From IMG/VR virus record IMGVR_UViG_3300021356_000002: a DNA stretch of 64,000 nt; one strand, 5' to 3'. Both the position numbers and the translations under genes were made by a program. Source of the stretch: a virus. Shown one piece after another: positions 20,150-28,848 of this stretch (position 1 is its first letter; every line of letters begins with the position of its first letter). The notes beneath the pieces are model-generated. The model ran no database searches, was not told the origin of the DNA, and worked only from the letters and a program-made list of their open reading frames with translations.

Positions 20150-20333
20150 TAACAGCGTTTTCTGCTACTTCTTCGGCTTTGTCCAATGAAGTTAGACCCT
20201 CACGTAAAATCGCGACCAGTCTAGCGTCTCGATAAATCTCAACAAAGTAACCATCGTTATCTTTGAGAACAATCGATTCAAGCGTACTGTCATCAGACCA
20301 GTAGTTGCTAATTTCTATAGGATCTCTAGCCAT
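20106..20333 (-). CDS. Small hypothetical protein
   Basis: Operon-coupled ORF. Confidence 0.6.
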   Translation of the reverse strand: MARDPIEISNYWSDDSTLESIVLKDNDGYFVEIYRDARLVAILREGLTSLDKAEEVAENAVIENIWTEDRYAETR

Positions 20334-20490
20334 TTCTAGGGTCCTGTGCCTGTTCTTTCTTTTTACGTTTTTCTTCGTCAGTAGGAACGTTTTGATTACT
20401 TTGCTTCACAGCGAAAATTCTGTCCCAATTACTTTCGAACACTTTGCGATCAACCGAGAACGGTCTCGGTTTGCTCCCTTTTCCACTCAT
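20326..20490 (-). CDS. Small conserved phage protein
   Basis: MSGKGSKPRPFSVDRKVFESNWDRIF; start refined. Confidence 0.65.
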   Translation of the reverse strand: MSGKGSKPRPFSVDRKVFESNWDRIFAVKQSNQNVPTDEEKRKKKEQAQDPRNG

Positions 20491-21037
20491 GCGTGTTCCA
20501 CCAATCTGGGGCATCACGATTAGTCCATCGAGCAAAAGCGGCTTTCGCTTCAATGTAGTAATTGCGATACGATGTTATTGAATCACCTTCGACAATGCAT
20601 TGCGGGTAATGGTTCATCGCTGGTGTTGGCTCAGTAAAGCCTTCACTAGAGAACTTTTCAGGAGGTAAAAGAAGATGATAGTTCAACTTCCGATACGACT
20701 CGTGGGTTCTACCATAACGATGTTCATACTCACAGTGTAGTGCCGTCCACATGTCATACAACCACGAGTAGTTTGCAGATGAGTAGCGTACCCATTTAGC
20801 AGACGGATGGTTGATGTGACAAGCTTTATATAGCTCTTGATTCATGGTGGGATCTGGATGAAAGTATCGCTGAATCTTGCGACCCGCAGTTGATCTACCA
20901 TACCAGAGTTCGCCATCTAGCACTCGATGTGCAGTTGACATGAGTTGGGCATACTCGACCAGCATTTTGACAACATGCTTATCGCAGTGCTGTTCGGCAC
21001 AAACGATAGGGTCGGGATGCAGATAAAAGACATTCAT
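20450..21037 (-). CDS. Pyrimidine-dimer DNA glycosylase / endonuclease V-like
   Basis: MNVFYLH.DP..CA..HCDKHVVKM..EYAQL.STAH; H.NHPS..W. Confidence 0.85.
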   Translation of the reverse strand: MNVFYLHPDPIVCAEQHCDKHVVKMLVEYAQLMSTAHRVLDGELWYGRSTAGRKIQRYFHPDPTMNQELYKACHINHPSAKWVRYSSANYSWLYDMWTALHCEYEHRYGRTHESYRKLNYHLLLPPEKFSSEGFTEPTPAMNHYPQCIVEGDSITSYRNYYIEAKAAFARWTNRDAPDWWNTHEWKREQTETVLG

Positions 21038-21183
21038 TGCTTAGGAACTTTCCTCGTCAGTGAAAATTTGTAAACGTCACTCAACAGTTTTCTTTCTTCT
21101 GCTGATAGACTATTATACATCTTTTTATCTTTACGTTCAACCTTGCCAACTTTACGCATCAACTTGGCTTTCTTAGAATTCAT
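21034..21183 (-). CDS. Small basic hypothetical protein (49 aa)
   Basis: Not in ORF track; MNSKKAKLMRKVG...; overlaps both neighbours. Confidence 0.55.
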   Translation of the reverse strand: MNSKKAKLMRKVGKVERKDKKMYNSLSAEERKLLSDVYKFSLTRKVPKQ

Positions 21184-21877
21184 AGTGAGCCTCCACTGCC
21201 TTTGCAACGTCAGGAAAATGTTGTTTCAAAACATCCCAGCATTGATCAGCGACTCGCATATGTTCTTTCTGCGTACCGTGTGCACGTCGAAGTTCACAGT
21301 AGTGAATCCACGAGCGAAGCGTACCAGCCATGTACAGCGTTGTCTCGGTGTTACCTTCGGGCAGTACAGCGCGGGCTTGCTCTTTTGCAATGCCGTTGTC
21401 TAGTGCCCACTGATAAGTGCGCTTCGCAAGATTAACCACTTCAGACTGCTTCATATTCCAGTTTTCGTACAGACGCTCTTGCGGAGTCTTATTGCCGCCT
21501 TTACCAAAGTCATCGGTGTCTTCTAGTTCAATAGAGTTCTGTCGATTCTTTGGATCTTGCAAGCGAGCCTCACGAAGAGCAAATGAATCGCTCACCGCAT
21601 AGCGTTGCGAAAACTCTTGAAACGAGAACGACCGATGTCGCAATATCTGGCGAGAAATGTCACGGGTTGTCACAATCTCCATAGTGACTGACACCATTTC
21701 AAAAGGCGACCAGTGATTCTCGCGAATCAAATATTCAATAAGTTTAGGCGCAGTTTTCTCATTGTTCTGATTGGCTGGATTACTTACACGAGCCGCATAT
21801 GCAATCAATTCATTCGCAGTGTTACAGCCAGTGGACGCACTGGGCGTTGTCATGCCCACAAGTGCCACTCTACTCAT
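21173..21877 (-). CDS. thyX: Flavin-dependent thymidylate synthase
   Basis: HWSPFE; RHRSFSFQEFSQRY; EQARAVLP; TQKEH. Confidence 0.97.
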   Translation of the reverse strand: MSRVALVGMTTPSASTGCNTANELIAYAARVSNPANQNNEKTAPKLIEYLIRENHWSPFEMVSVTMEIVTTRDISRQILRHRSFSFQEFSQRYAVSDSFALREARLQDPKNRQNSIELEDTDDFGKGGNKTPQERLYENWNMKQSEVVNLAKRTYQWALDNGIAKEQARAVLPEGNTETTLYMAGTLRSWIHYCELRRAHGTQKEHMRVADQCWDVLKQHFPDVAKAVEAHYEF

Positions 21878-22010
21878 AGTCTTTTCCTTTATGTTTAATG
21901 TAACCAAGGCGAGCCGCTTTTTTGCGGTCCGCCATCACCTGTGCCCGATTGAACTTGCGAGCATGTTTCGCGACCAGATTGTTAATCGTCTTTTTCTGTG
22001 TAGAAGACAT
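21870..22010 (-). CDS. Small basic conserved phage protein (46 aa)
   Basis: Not in ORF track; MSSTQKKTINNLVAKHARKFNRAQVMADRKKAARLGYIKHKGKDYE. Confidence 0.6.
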   Translation of the reverse strand: MSSTQKKTINNLVAKHARKFNRAQVMADRKKAARLGYIKHKGKDYE

Positions 22011-22695
22011 GATCGTCGATCACCATTGTTTGAGTGAAACTATTTATCCACCAAGGGCTAGAATAGTCTGCATGATAATACAAGCTTCCGCTCGTAATGT
22101 CAAGAGGCTTGTCCTCAACTATCGTAGTAACAAGACTCAATATTCCTCGGTACGTCTCTTCGTCTTTTGGTATATCACTAAGACCATCGCACCACCAAGA
22201 GAAGTGACACTTGTTACGCACAGGCAGTTCGTTGCCCTTCCAGTTTTTATACGTAGGCCCTTGTTGAATAACATCACAGATGGTGTTTGGAAATCGAGGA
22301 CTCTCAACTCGATTTAACACCACTTGAGCGACAGCGATTTGACCAGCAACAGATTGGTTTCTCGATTCAAAGTACGAGTTAAGTGCTAGACACTCAAGCT
22401 CCCGCTCATTGTATTTAGTGACCTCCGACTCAAGAGGCTGAGAGAGAGGTGAGAGAGATGCCTCTTGAGCCGAAGGATTTTCAGAAACTTCTGGACACCA
22501 TATGTCGATACAGCCATCAGATCCATAATCTGACATATGCAAGCCCTCACCAGACTCTTTGTCCACTTTTGTACCGCCAGGAAGATCGAAGATGTAACTA
22601 CCGATCAATGCCGCCGATATAATCATTACACAAGCAACGCCACCCCAGAAAAAATTTTCATCAGTCAAATCAGACTGATCTAGTTTATTTCTCAT
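21982..22695 (-). CDS. SleB-like cell wall hydrolase (Hydrolase_2) with N-terminal membrane anchor
   Basis: ECLALNSYFESRNQS.AGQIAVAQVVLNRV..PNTICDV..CHFSW.CDG..YYHADY. Confidence 0.92.
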   Translation of the reverse strand: MRNKLDQSDLTDENFFWGGVACVMIISAALIGSYIFDLPGGTKVDKESGEGLHMSDYGSDGCIDIWCPEVSENPSAQEASLSPLSQPLESEVTKYNERELECLALNSYFESRNQSVAGQIAVAQVVLNRVESPRFPNTICDVIQQGPTYKNWKGNELPVRNKCHFSWWCDGLSDIPKDEETYRGILSLVTTIVEDKPLDITSGSLYYHADYSSPWWINSFTQTMVIDDHVFYTEKDD

Positions 22696-22961
22696 ATGCC
22701 CAACAAACCCTCAACATAAAATAATGCTTGTATGCTTTTACCACCAACATGCCATTGATATTTGACGCCCGAGCGAGACAACTCGCCACCATCAAAATCT
22801 TTCCAATCATAGATTGTAACAGGTCCGTACTCAGACATCAACTCCCACTCAGTATTCACTTTACCGTCAGCAGAGGGATTTGAGTACGTGGGCTGACCAA
22901 GCGTCTCAACCAAATGTTGATATGTAGTATTAACGTAACCCTGTAATGAAGTGCCCATCAT
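22692..22961 (-). CDS. Hypothetical protein
   Basis: GTSLQGY...Y..LV..LG.P..DGKV..EW..TIYDWK..WHVGG. Confidence 0.7.
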   Translation of the reverse strand: MMGTSLQGYVNTTYQHLVETLGQPTYSNPSADGKVNTEWELMSEYGPVTIYDWKDFDGGELSRSGVKYQWHVGGKSIQALFYVEGLLGI

Positions 22962-23098
22962 CGTAGCATCCTTGCACAAGTCAAAAAAGAATTCTCATTC
23001 AAGCAATCAGACCAGATGAAGTGAACATACCAGCCCACCATAAACACAACTATCGCTAAAGCAGTTGCATAGATTCCAAGTTGAAGCCAGTCTCTCAT
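22958..23098 (-). CDS. Small membrane protein (46 aa)
   Basis: Not in ORF track; MRDWLQLGIYATALAIVVFMVGWYVHF; ATGA overlaps at both ends. Confidence 0.55.
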   Translation of the reverse strand: MRDWLQLGIYATALAIVVFMVGWYVHFIWSDCLNENSFLTCARMLR

Positions 23099-23595
23099 GC
23101 CACCTCCGGAAGAGGCGCCAATTCTCCTGCCGCCTCTTTCTTTGCGAAGTATTGTTCTAACTCATCCATGTCATCAAAGGTGAGGAGTCGCATCTCAGAG
23201 CGACCTTCTTCGGTTTGATGCCATGAACGCTCACCGAACGGAGTCGCATCCATGTTGTACTTACGTGCAATCTGCTTGCACATGAGTTCGTCACGGTCTG
23301 ACATGAGAGCGCAGTAAATGGGAGATTCCCACTCATCGCAGTGATCCGACTCTTTAAAGTCGATATCATCGACCAGAGTCTCACCAATGATGTACTCCTT
23401 AGAGTAGTCTGAAGAGTGCTCGATGCACTTCGCAACACGAGCGTAGAACGACTTGTCCTGCGCTTCCTGCAGGTTCACATCGACGATGTAGGTCTCACCG
23501 CCCTTGAACTTCCAGTACTGCGGACACTCGCCCTTACCGTCCCAGTCATGGGCGCCGTAGTTCTCGCAGAATTGGGTTTGGATAACAAGTTTCAT
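23095..23595 (-). CDS. Early hypothetical protein
   Basis: MKLVIQTQ..ENYGAHDWDG.GECPQYWKFKGG; directly behind a sigma70 promoter. Confidence 0.8.
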   Translation of the reverse strand: MKLVIQTQFCENYGAHDWDGKGECPQYWKFKGGETYIVDVNLQEAQDKSFYARVAKCIEHSSDYSKEYIIGETLVDDIDFKESDHCDEWESPIYCALMSDRDELMCKQIARKYNMDATPFGERSWHQTEEGRSEMRLLTFDDMDELEQYFAKKEAAGELAPLPEVA

Positions 23596-23615
23596 AATCA
23601 AAGCCTCTCTCTAAC

Positions 23616-23664
23616 TTACGCAGTAATTATCTCAGAATTTAGTCAGTCTGTCAACACTTTTTTT
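23616..23664 (-). promoter_or_regulatory. Early sigma70 promoter
   Basis: A-tracts-GTG-TTGACA-N17-GATAAT-TACtgcGTAA. Confidence 0.8.
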
Positions 23665-23692
23665 AGACTTTTTTGTTCTAAGAATATAACCG

Positions 23693-23865
23693 AAAAGATG
23701 GTGCCAGTATTGGGTTAGATAGGGACTGGCAAAACCTACTCGCAAGGTTGTTAACCCTCGCTACAGGCCGACCTACTGTTTTCAGTCTCCTGCTCTGTAA
23801 AAAAGATGGGGTAGTGCCACATAGCAATCAGTAGCAATTTTCGAAAGCACATCCCCATCAAAAAA
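23693..23865 (-). ncRNA. Candidate structured non-coding RNA(s)
   Basis: Intergenic; several stems; two units each ending TGGCAC..CCATCTTTT. Confidence 0.35.
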
Positions 23866-23866
23866 C

Positions 23867-24043
23867 TTAAATCTCTAGCACGTCCTCGCAGTAGACATCC
23901 ATGATCTCTTGATCACTCAGTCCAGCTTGACGCAATCGGTAGATGAAAGCGTCACTGGTGATCATCTTATCACTCAGAGACTCAACCAAACTCAAGACAT
24001 ACTCGCCCATCTCACCACGGGCATACCACTTCACTTCACTCAT
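23867..24043 (-). CDS. Small hypothetical protein (58 aa)
   Basis: Not in ORF track; MSEVKWYARGEMGEYVLSL; TAATG coupling. Confidence 0.6.
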   Translation of the reverse strand: MSEVKWYARGEMGEYVLSLVESLSDKMITSDAFIYRLRQAGLSDQEIMDVYCEDVLEI

Positions 24044-24228
24044 TACTCTACTCCCATAATAATACCAATGCGCTTTTGCTTGTTCACATTAACCGTTACT
24101 GAGTCACCAATTCGACGGCGAGGTTCACCGACAACATCAAGATAATGCAGAGTCTCAGTGACTCGATTACCGTACTTGGTGAACTCGACCAAGTACGGAT
24201 TGTAAACATACGTAGGCATTTTAAACAC
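24043..24228 (-). CDS. Small hypothetical protein
   Basis: Operon-coupled ORF. Confidence 0.6.
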   Translation of the reverse strand: MFKMPTYVYNPYLVEFTKYGNRVTETLHYLDVVGEPRRRIGDSVTVNVNKQKRIGIIMGVE

Positions 24229-24503
24229 TAAGCGACCTCCTTAGGTGCAAACAATTTAGAGAAACCTTCGACCAAGAGATTGTAAGAGAATATCTCATAT
24301 CGCCAATCATTGTCGAAACTGTAGTCATCAGACTCGTAAGCTTCGTTTTCAGCTTTTTCGTAACGCTTCTCAAAACCCATAAGGGCGTCAAGGGTGCTTT
24401 CAGTGCCCATGAAACCTTTGATAATTCGAAGGGCTTGATTGAAGTCAATTTCGTTCTCAAGACCCTCTCGATCAAACTCACACTGGTAAATAATTCTAGC
24501 CAT
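24228..24503 (-). CDS. Early hypothetical protein
   Basis: AGGAG SD and sigma70 promoter upstream. Confidence 0.7.
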   Translation of the reverse strand: MARIIYQCEFDREGLENEIDFNQALRIIKGFMGTESTLDALMGFEKRYEKAENEAYESDDYSFDNDWRYEIFSYNLLVEGFSKLFAPKEVA

Positions 24504-24522
24504 AACAACTCTCCTATCTCTC

Positions 24523-24571
24523 AATTACATGGTAATTATCGCAGGATTTGGAGAAATGTCAACACTTTTTT
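24523..24571 (-). promoter_or_regulatory. Early sigma70 promoter, paralogous to the one at 23.6 kb
   Basis: AAAAAAGTG-TTGACA-N16-GATAAT-TACcatGTAATT. Confidence 0.78.
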
Positions 24572-24586
24572 CGAAGTTTTTTTCGA

Positions 24587-25018
24587 TTATTCCGCTGTTT
24601 TTGATCGATTTCTTCGATCATACTCTTCTTTAGATCCTGGATATCTCCATGACCAGACCACGATACCAGCCATAAAAGCGGCTGACCAGAGAACAGCAGT
24701 CAGATTGTGGGTTGTAAACCAAAGAAAGGTTAGCGAGCTGGACATGACGATCAGCATCGCATATTTGAGTCTTGTCGGAAAGACTCGATACTCGACCCAG
24801 TTCGTGAGAAATGGTCCGAAATACTTGTGATTGTAAAGCCAGTCGTGCCACTTCTGACTAGACTTACTAAAGCAGATGGCGGCAAATACAAGGAAGATTG
24901 AGAACGGAATGCCAGGCGTCACAAAGCCAATGTAAGCAATACCTACACTAATGATTCCTGCAATCTTCCAAAGCGCCCTTTTAATAGGGGAATTGGATAC
25001 GTTTAAATCTCTCGACAT
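24587..25018 (-). CDS. ybaN: DUF454/YbaN family inner-membrane protein
   Basis: G..S.GI..IG...PG.P...FL..AA.CFSKSS.KWH.WL..H..FGP....W. Confidence 0.85.
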   Translation of the reverse strand: MSRDLNVSNSPIKRALWKIAGIISVGIAYIGFVTPGIPFSIFLVFAAICFSKSSQKWHDWLYNHKYFGPFLTNWVEYRVFPTRLKYAMLIVMSSSLTFLWFTTHNLTAVLWSAAFMAGIVVWSWRYPGSKEEYDRRNRSKTAE

Positions 25019-25646
25019 ATTCTCTCTCCATTCCCAAAACGTTTGTCATCACGTCTTTACTTCTCTCGTTTTTCAACTGACCTTCGCAGTAATCTATTTT
25101 GCCCTGCTCATGCGACATTAGCGCAAACTCATTGATAAGCGGATCGCCCATGTCTAGATGTTCGAACCAAGCGTTTGCCATGAGATAACCTATGTTACAA
25201 ACTTGTTCGATATCGCTTTCGTTGTTAGTAGCACCCATGACAATCATGTTGTCACTAAAAAAGTTTGCCCATTCAGGCAACTCGCGCTTACGTGCTGGTT
25301 CAAAATTTCGTGTGATGTTTTTCCACACGCTGTCAATCTTATTTTTTGAACCAGTTGGCGACATGTCATGAAAACAACCCGTCACTTTCTTTTCACCGCA
25401 GATAACATCAAAGCCATAAATGGGCATAGGATATTGCGGGCTAGCAAAAAAGGCTGTGTGCATCATCCACAAGCCTCTTTCCTCTCTAAGATCAACAACA
25501 GACGTGTGAGCCATCTCACACCGAACAGAACTGTAGAATTTGTTTATGTGATTAGGATGCCAAGGTCCTCGCTCTTCGGGCGAGCCACATTGACTTTTAC
25601 ATAAGTCATCAAGATCATTGGTTAACTCGATAAACTTATTCCACAT
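24981..25646 (-). CDS. pcyX: Ferredoxin-dependent bilin reductase, PcyX-type
   Basis: AH..VVD....GLWMMH..F...PIYGFDVI.G.KKVTG.FHD.SP; RELPEWA..FS; catalytic His/Asp pair present. Confidence 0.85.
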   Translation of the reverse strand: MWNKFIELTNDLDDLCKSQCGSPEERGPWHPNHINKFYSSVRCEMAHTSVVDLREERGLWMMHTAFFASPQYPMPIYGFDVICGEKKVTGCFHDMSPTGSKNKIDSVWKNITRNFEPARKRELPEWANFFSDNMIVMGATNNESDIEQVCNIGYLMANAWFEHLDMGDPLINEFALMSHEQGKIDYCEGQLKNERSKDVMTNVLGMEREYVERFKRIQFPY

Positions 25647-26166
25647 TTTTTATCCTTTCTAGTTCTTCCATCAACTTGATTTGATAACGGAAGCCTTCTT
25701 TGACTTGCTCTACGTCAAGTTCTAGTTCGCGAATGTTTTTAATACACTCTTGTCTCGACTCAAACTTATATATGTTTCCTGGAGTCGGCACTCCTTTCGA
25801 CACAATACTGCCACCAAACATCATGCCAAGATAGTTGAGATACATGTGCGAGTTTTTTTCTGCATCACGCCATTCATCAACGCCCAAAATGTAGTCAGCA
25901 TAATAGCAAGCCGAGTAAGGAGTAATCAAGCGCGAAGGTCTCTTGCCTAGAGAAAGCAAATCTTTTTCGATGGCTTCACAGCGATAGAGTGCATCGTTCG
26001 GAATACGATATTCGAAATGATTTTCCATAGCGTCAAAGATTACATACTGCGCATTCAAGTACCGAACGTAATCGTCTTCGTCATAGTCACCATTGACAAG
26101 ACGTTGTGAAAACGTTGTCTCTTCTACTTGATCGTGCAACTCTTTAGTCGCTTCTTTAATATTCAC
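25636..26166 (-). CDS. hemO: Heme oxygenase
   Basis: KEATKELH..VE proximal His helix; LYR...IEKDL; H.Y..YLG..FGG distal helix; adjacent to bilin reductase. Confidence 0.85.
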   Translation of the reverse strand: MNIKEATKELHDQVEETTFSQRLVNGDYDEDDYVRYLNAQYVIFDAMENHFEYRIPNDALYRCEAIEKDLLSLGKRPSRLITPYSACYYADYILGVDEWRDAEKNSHMYLNYLGMMFGGSIVSKGVPTPGNIYKFESRQECIKNIRELELDVEQVKEGFRYQIKLMEELERIKNVE

Positions 26167-27098
26167 TCAACACCCCAATTCGTCACTAGCTTCATGCCGT
26201 AGTTGTTCACACCCTTCGGCACTTCGATCCCTTCTTTAAATGCCAACTTGTTCTTCTTGAAAGAATCATAGTTCACGTGATGGTGCCAGCGACCGTATCG
26301 CCACACCATCTTTGCCACGTCAGGATGCATGTCAACGAGCATCTGTGACTTAGCGACAGTACCGACCACATTGTATCTATCTTTTACTTCAAGTAGATCA
26401 TCCGCTTTGAGTGCTTCGCCAGTTTTAGGATCGTAGCCAACTTCTTTGTGATAGAACTCAGCAGAGTTACCACCCTTGACAGTCTGCGTTGCGGCTTTGC
26501 CTTGTAGAAACGCATTGAACTGTACGGTGCAGTCACCGTCTTTGAGAACGCGCAGACAGATATCGGTGTCTTCGTTGTAACGACCACGCCAGCGGTGCTT
26601 GCAATCGTTCTCGATCAGTAGACACGAATAGATGCGCGTGTTCGCCACATAAGGCGGATACTTTTGATTAGGTGCGCAGAAGAATCGATACTGAGGACCA
26701 GCGATCTTCACATTAGTGTATCGATCAACAAAGTCTTCCATCACACGAAAGCAGACACCAGACTCGACACGAATACGCACGTTTTTATGCAGACGATAAA
26801 AGTCTTGAATATTGTCATCAAGAACCCAGTGACGCTTTGCACCAAGTTCTATTGAGTGATCCCAACACCAGTTTCTAGCCCGCCCAGGACCGTCACCGTG
26901 ATTAGAGAAAGGTGCAACCAGTAGAGTAACAAACTCCCGTATCCCAAAATTGTCCAGTGCTTGTTCGTAATCTGCTTCATCTTGTGGCTCAATTGCAATG
27001 TAGTGTGGTACTTTCATACGCGCCAACGAGCGCGATGTAAACATCGACTCGTGACGCCCTTTCGAAATAATGTAAACAGGATATCTTGGATTAGTCAT
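26163..27098 (-). CDS. GREB1/TET-associated-type glycosyltransferase (possible DNA base hypermodification)
   Basis: YPVYIISKGR..EPQD..Y; ARNWCWDHS..G..RHWVLDDNI; WRGRYNEDTD; KGGN. Confidence 0.75.
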   Translation of the reverse strand: MTNPRYPVYIISKGRHESMFTSRSLARMKVPHYIAIEPQDEADYEQALDNFGIREFVTLLVAPFSNHGDGPGRARNWCWDHSIELGAKRHWVLDDNIQDFYRLHKNVRIRVESGVCFRVMEDFVDRYTNVKIAGPQYRFFCAPNQKYPPYVANTRIYSCLLIENDCKHRWRGRYNEDTDICLRVLKDGDCTVQFNAFLQGKAATQTVKGGNSAEFYHKEVGYDPKTGEALKADDLLEVKDRYNVVGTVAKSQMLVDMHPDVAKMVWRYGRWHHHVNYDSFKKNKLAFKEGIEVPKGVNNYGMKLVTNWGVE

Positions 27099-27429
27099 CG
27101 TTATCCTCAATCCAACGCATGAGTGCGTTTTTGGTAATCTCTAATCGAGGATGCCAAATCGATTTTGTCTTTCCCGATAGAGGTTGCTCGATCAACTTTG
27201 CAAACTCTTCGTAGTCTTCTTTGGTACGAAAGTGTACGTTGATCGTCTTGTAGGGTTTGTTGTCTTCTTGCTCAAACTCAGGCATGCCCTGCCAGTGTTC
27301 TTGCCACGGCTCTTCGAAGATTGCATCTTCATCTTCGCCAAGAAACTCTGCTAGAGTAGCAGGTCGATTGTCTTGCTCTTTCTTACCGATAAAATTATCG
27401 TATACAGTTTTTTCTTCAACGTTTGCCAT
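27091..27429 (-). CDS. Small protein usually paired with the GREB1-type GT
   Basis: W.GMPEF.QED...I.VHF.T.ED..EFAKLI.Q....KTKSIW.P. Confidence 0.65.
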   Translation of the reverse strand: MANVEEKTVYDNFIGKKEQDNRPATLAEFLGEDEDAIFEEPWQEHWQGMPEFEQEDNKPYKTINVHFRTKEDYEEFAKLIEQPLSGKTKSIWHPRLEITKNALMRWIEDNDD

Positions 27430-28099
27430 TTTTTCTACGTTGCCTCGCTTCATACTTCTCAATAGTTTCTATCAAGGGTTTTGTCCAGTTATCACGATGT
27501 TCGATAAAGACTTGTGGCTGTTCATCATCAACTGCAATCAATGTAACCAGTTGTGTGATGGGTATGCCAGTTCTTTCTTCGAACATTATAGCATATGCAG
27601 ACTCTTGCATAAAGTAGTTTTCGATATATTTTTTCTGCTTAAGTTTGCGTGATGTCTTGAAATCAATGATCGACAACACACCATCAAACTCAGCAACACA
27701 GTCAACTCGACCAGCAACTCTCAAGTGATGAGAGAACATCGGAACTTCTTGTGCGTATATCTTACCTATACGTGTATCTAGGATTTTTTTCAGAGGTAGA
27801 AAATTGTCAATGATGTTAAGAGGATATTTCTCTTTGTAGTCTTCGACGTTGTTGAGATAGTCTTCAACGATAGCATGAACAGCCGTGCCGCGTTTAGAGG
27901 CTCGTGATGATATACGATTAGCCTCTTCTTCACCGACACGTCTGCGCCACGCTTGAATGGCGTCTTGTGACAGAATCGAAAGAACAGTAGTAATAGACGG
28001 ATACTTTACGCCGTCTGGTGTTTCGTATAATCTGCCAGATTCACTCGTGTTAGACTCTAGGTCGTCATAACCTAAGTCTACACCAACATGTTCAAACAT
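27416..28099 (-). CDS. PD-(D/E)XK exonuclease (Cas4-like)
   Basis: YPSITTVLS..WRRRVGEEEANRIS..RGT.VH; AGRVDC..IIDFKTS; Q..AYA. Confidence 0.9.
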   Translation of the reverse strand: MFEHVGVDLGYDDLESNTSESGRLYETPDGVKYPSITTVLSILSQDAIQAWRRRVGEEEANRISSRASKRGTAVHAIVEDYLNNVEDYKEKYPLNIIDNFLPLKKILDTRIGKIYAQEVPMFSHHLRVAGRVDCVAEFDGVLSIIDFKTSRKLKQKKYIENYFMQESAYAIMFEERTGIPITQLVTLIAVDDEQPQVFIEHRDNWTKPLIETIEKYEARQRRKNGKR

Positions 28100-28848
28100 T
28101 ATTTTGCCTTGCGTTGCATCGCTTCTTGTGCACGTCTCTGCTTACGATTGAGTGGTGCAGTGTCGATAGGGACTTGCATTCCACGACCGTCGCTGATATC
28201 GCTCACATCATTGCGAGTCTGTGTTGCTGATAACTTATCATTATACACTTTCACTTCAACGTTGTCAAGCTTGGGTATTTTCAGGCTGTCGTGGTTGTGA
28301 TGGAGAACAAACTTGGTGTTCTTGAACTCACGGAAGATATCTCTCCAGATCGGACGCCAGTTGTTTAGTAGACGATAGTTGTTAGTGTCACCACGATCAC
28401 TAGACAGCACCAAGTCTGTCACGCTCCGCATGTTGAAATCGAAGATGGTATCGAATCCATACATATGAATCTCATCTGCTTTGTGCTTGTTTGCCGCGTA
28501 GTGAACTGCCATGTGACCACAGTTAAAGTTGGTCGCATTGCCCGCATACTTAGGCACGTGAGTATAGAATTCACGAACACGATTGGCATACTTCAGATAA
28601 AATGTGCTTCGCTCGTACATCCAGATTCGAGGGCGAGTGCCGAGTACCCATTCATACTGATCAAGTTTGATCGAGCCTTCGGTCAAAGCCATCATCATCT
28701 TAAAGTCAACCATGCATGTTGCGTAGACTTCTTTAGGATCCATTTCGAACGGAGGCATGTTACATAGCAGTTTCATACCCTCGCGTTTTTCGCGAGTGTA
28801 GTAGTGTGCCTTGTCACCGTTTCCTAATACATGAATTACTTTACTCAT
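28099..28848 (-). CDS. Glycosyltransferase-like protein (GT29/MAF-like)
   Basis: VLGNG..CN..VD..NCGH.A..EIHMYGFD. Confidence 0.5.
   Translation of the reverse strand: MSKVIHVLGNGDKAHYYTREKREGMKLLCNMPPFEMDPKEVYATCMVDFKMMMALTEGSIKLDQYEWVLGTRPRIWMYERSTFYLKYANRVREFYTHVPKYAGNATNFNCGHMAVHYAANKHKADEIHMYGFDTIFDFNMRSVTDLVLSSDRGDTNNYRLLNNWRPIWRDIFREFKNTKFVLHHNHDSLKIPKLDNVEVKVYNDKLSATQTRNDVSDISDGRGMQVPIDTAPLNRKQRRAQEAMQRKAK

Noticed and set aside
23693-23865. tRNA, hammerhead ribozyme or known riboswitch
   Set aside because: No TTCGA T-arm in a cloverleaf, no CUGAnGA/GAAA core, no recognisable aptamer; kept only as an unknown ncRNA candidate
24523-24540. Fur box next to the heme cassette
   Set aside because: GATAAT is the -10 element, the rest does not fit the 19-bp Fur consensus, and the site lies downstream of the cassette
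24981-26166. Cyanophage ho1-pebS/pcyA implying a cyanobacterial host
   Set aside because: Motifs fit PcyX; no psbA, hli or cpeT in the window; IscU looks proteobacterial
27416-28099. Cas4-like nuclease as a sign of a CRISPR system
   Set aside because: No repeat-spacer array or other cas genes seen; this solo exonuclease is common in T4-like phages
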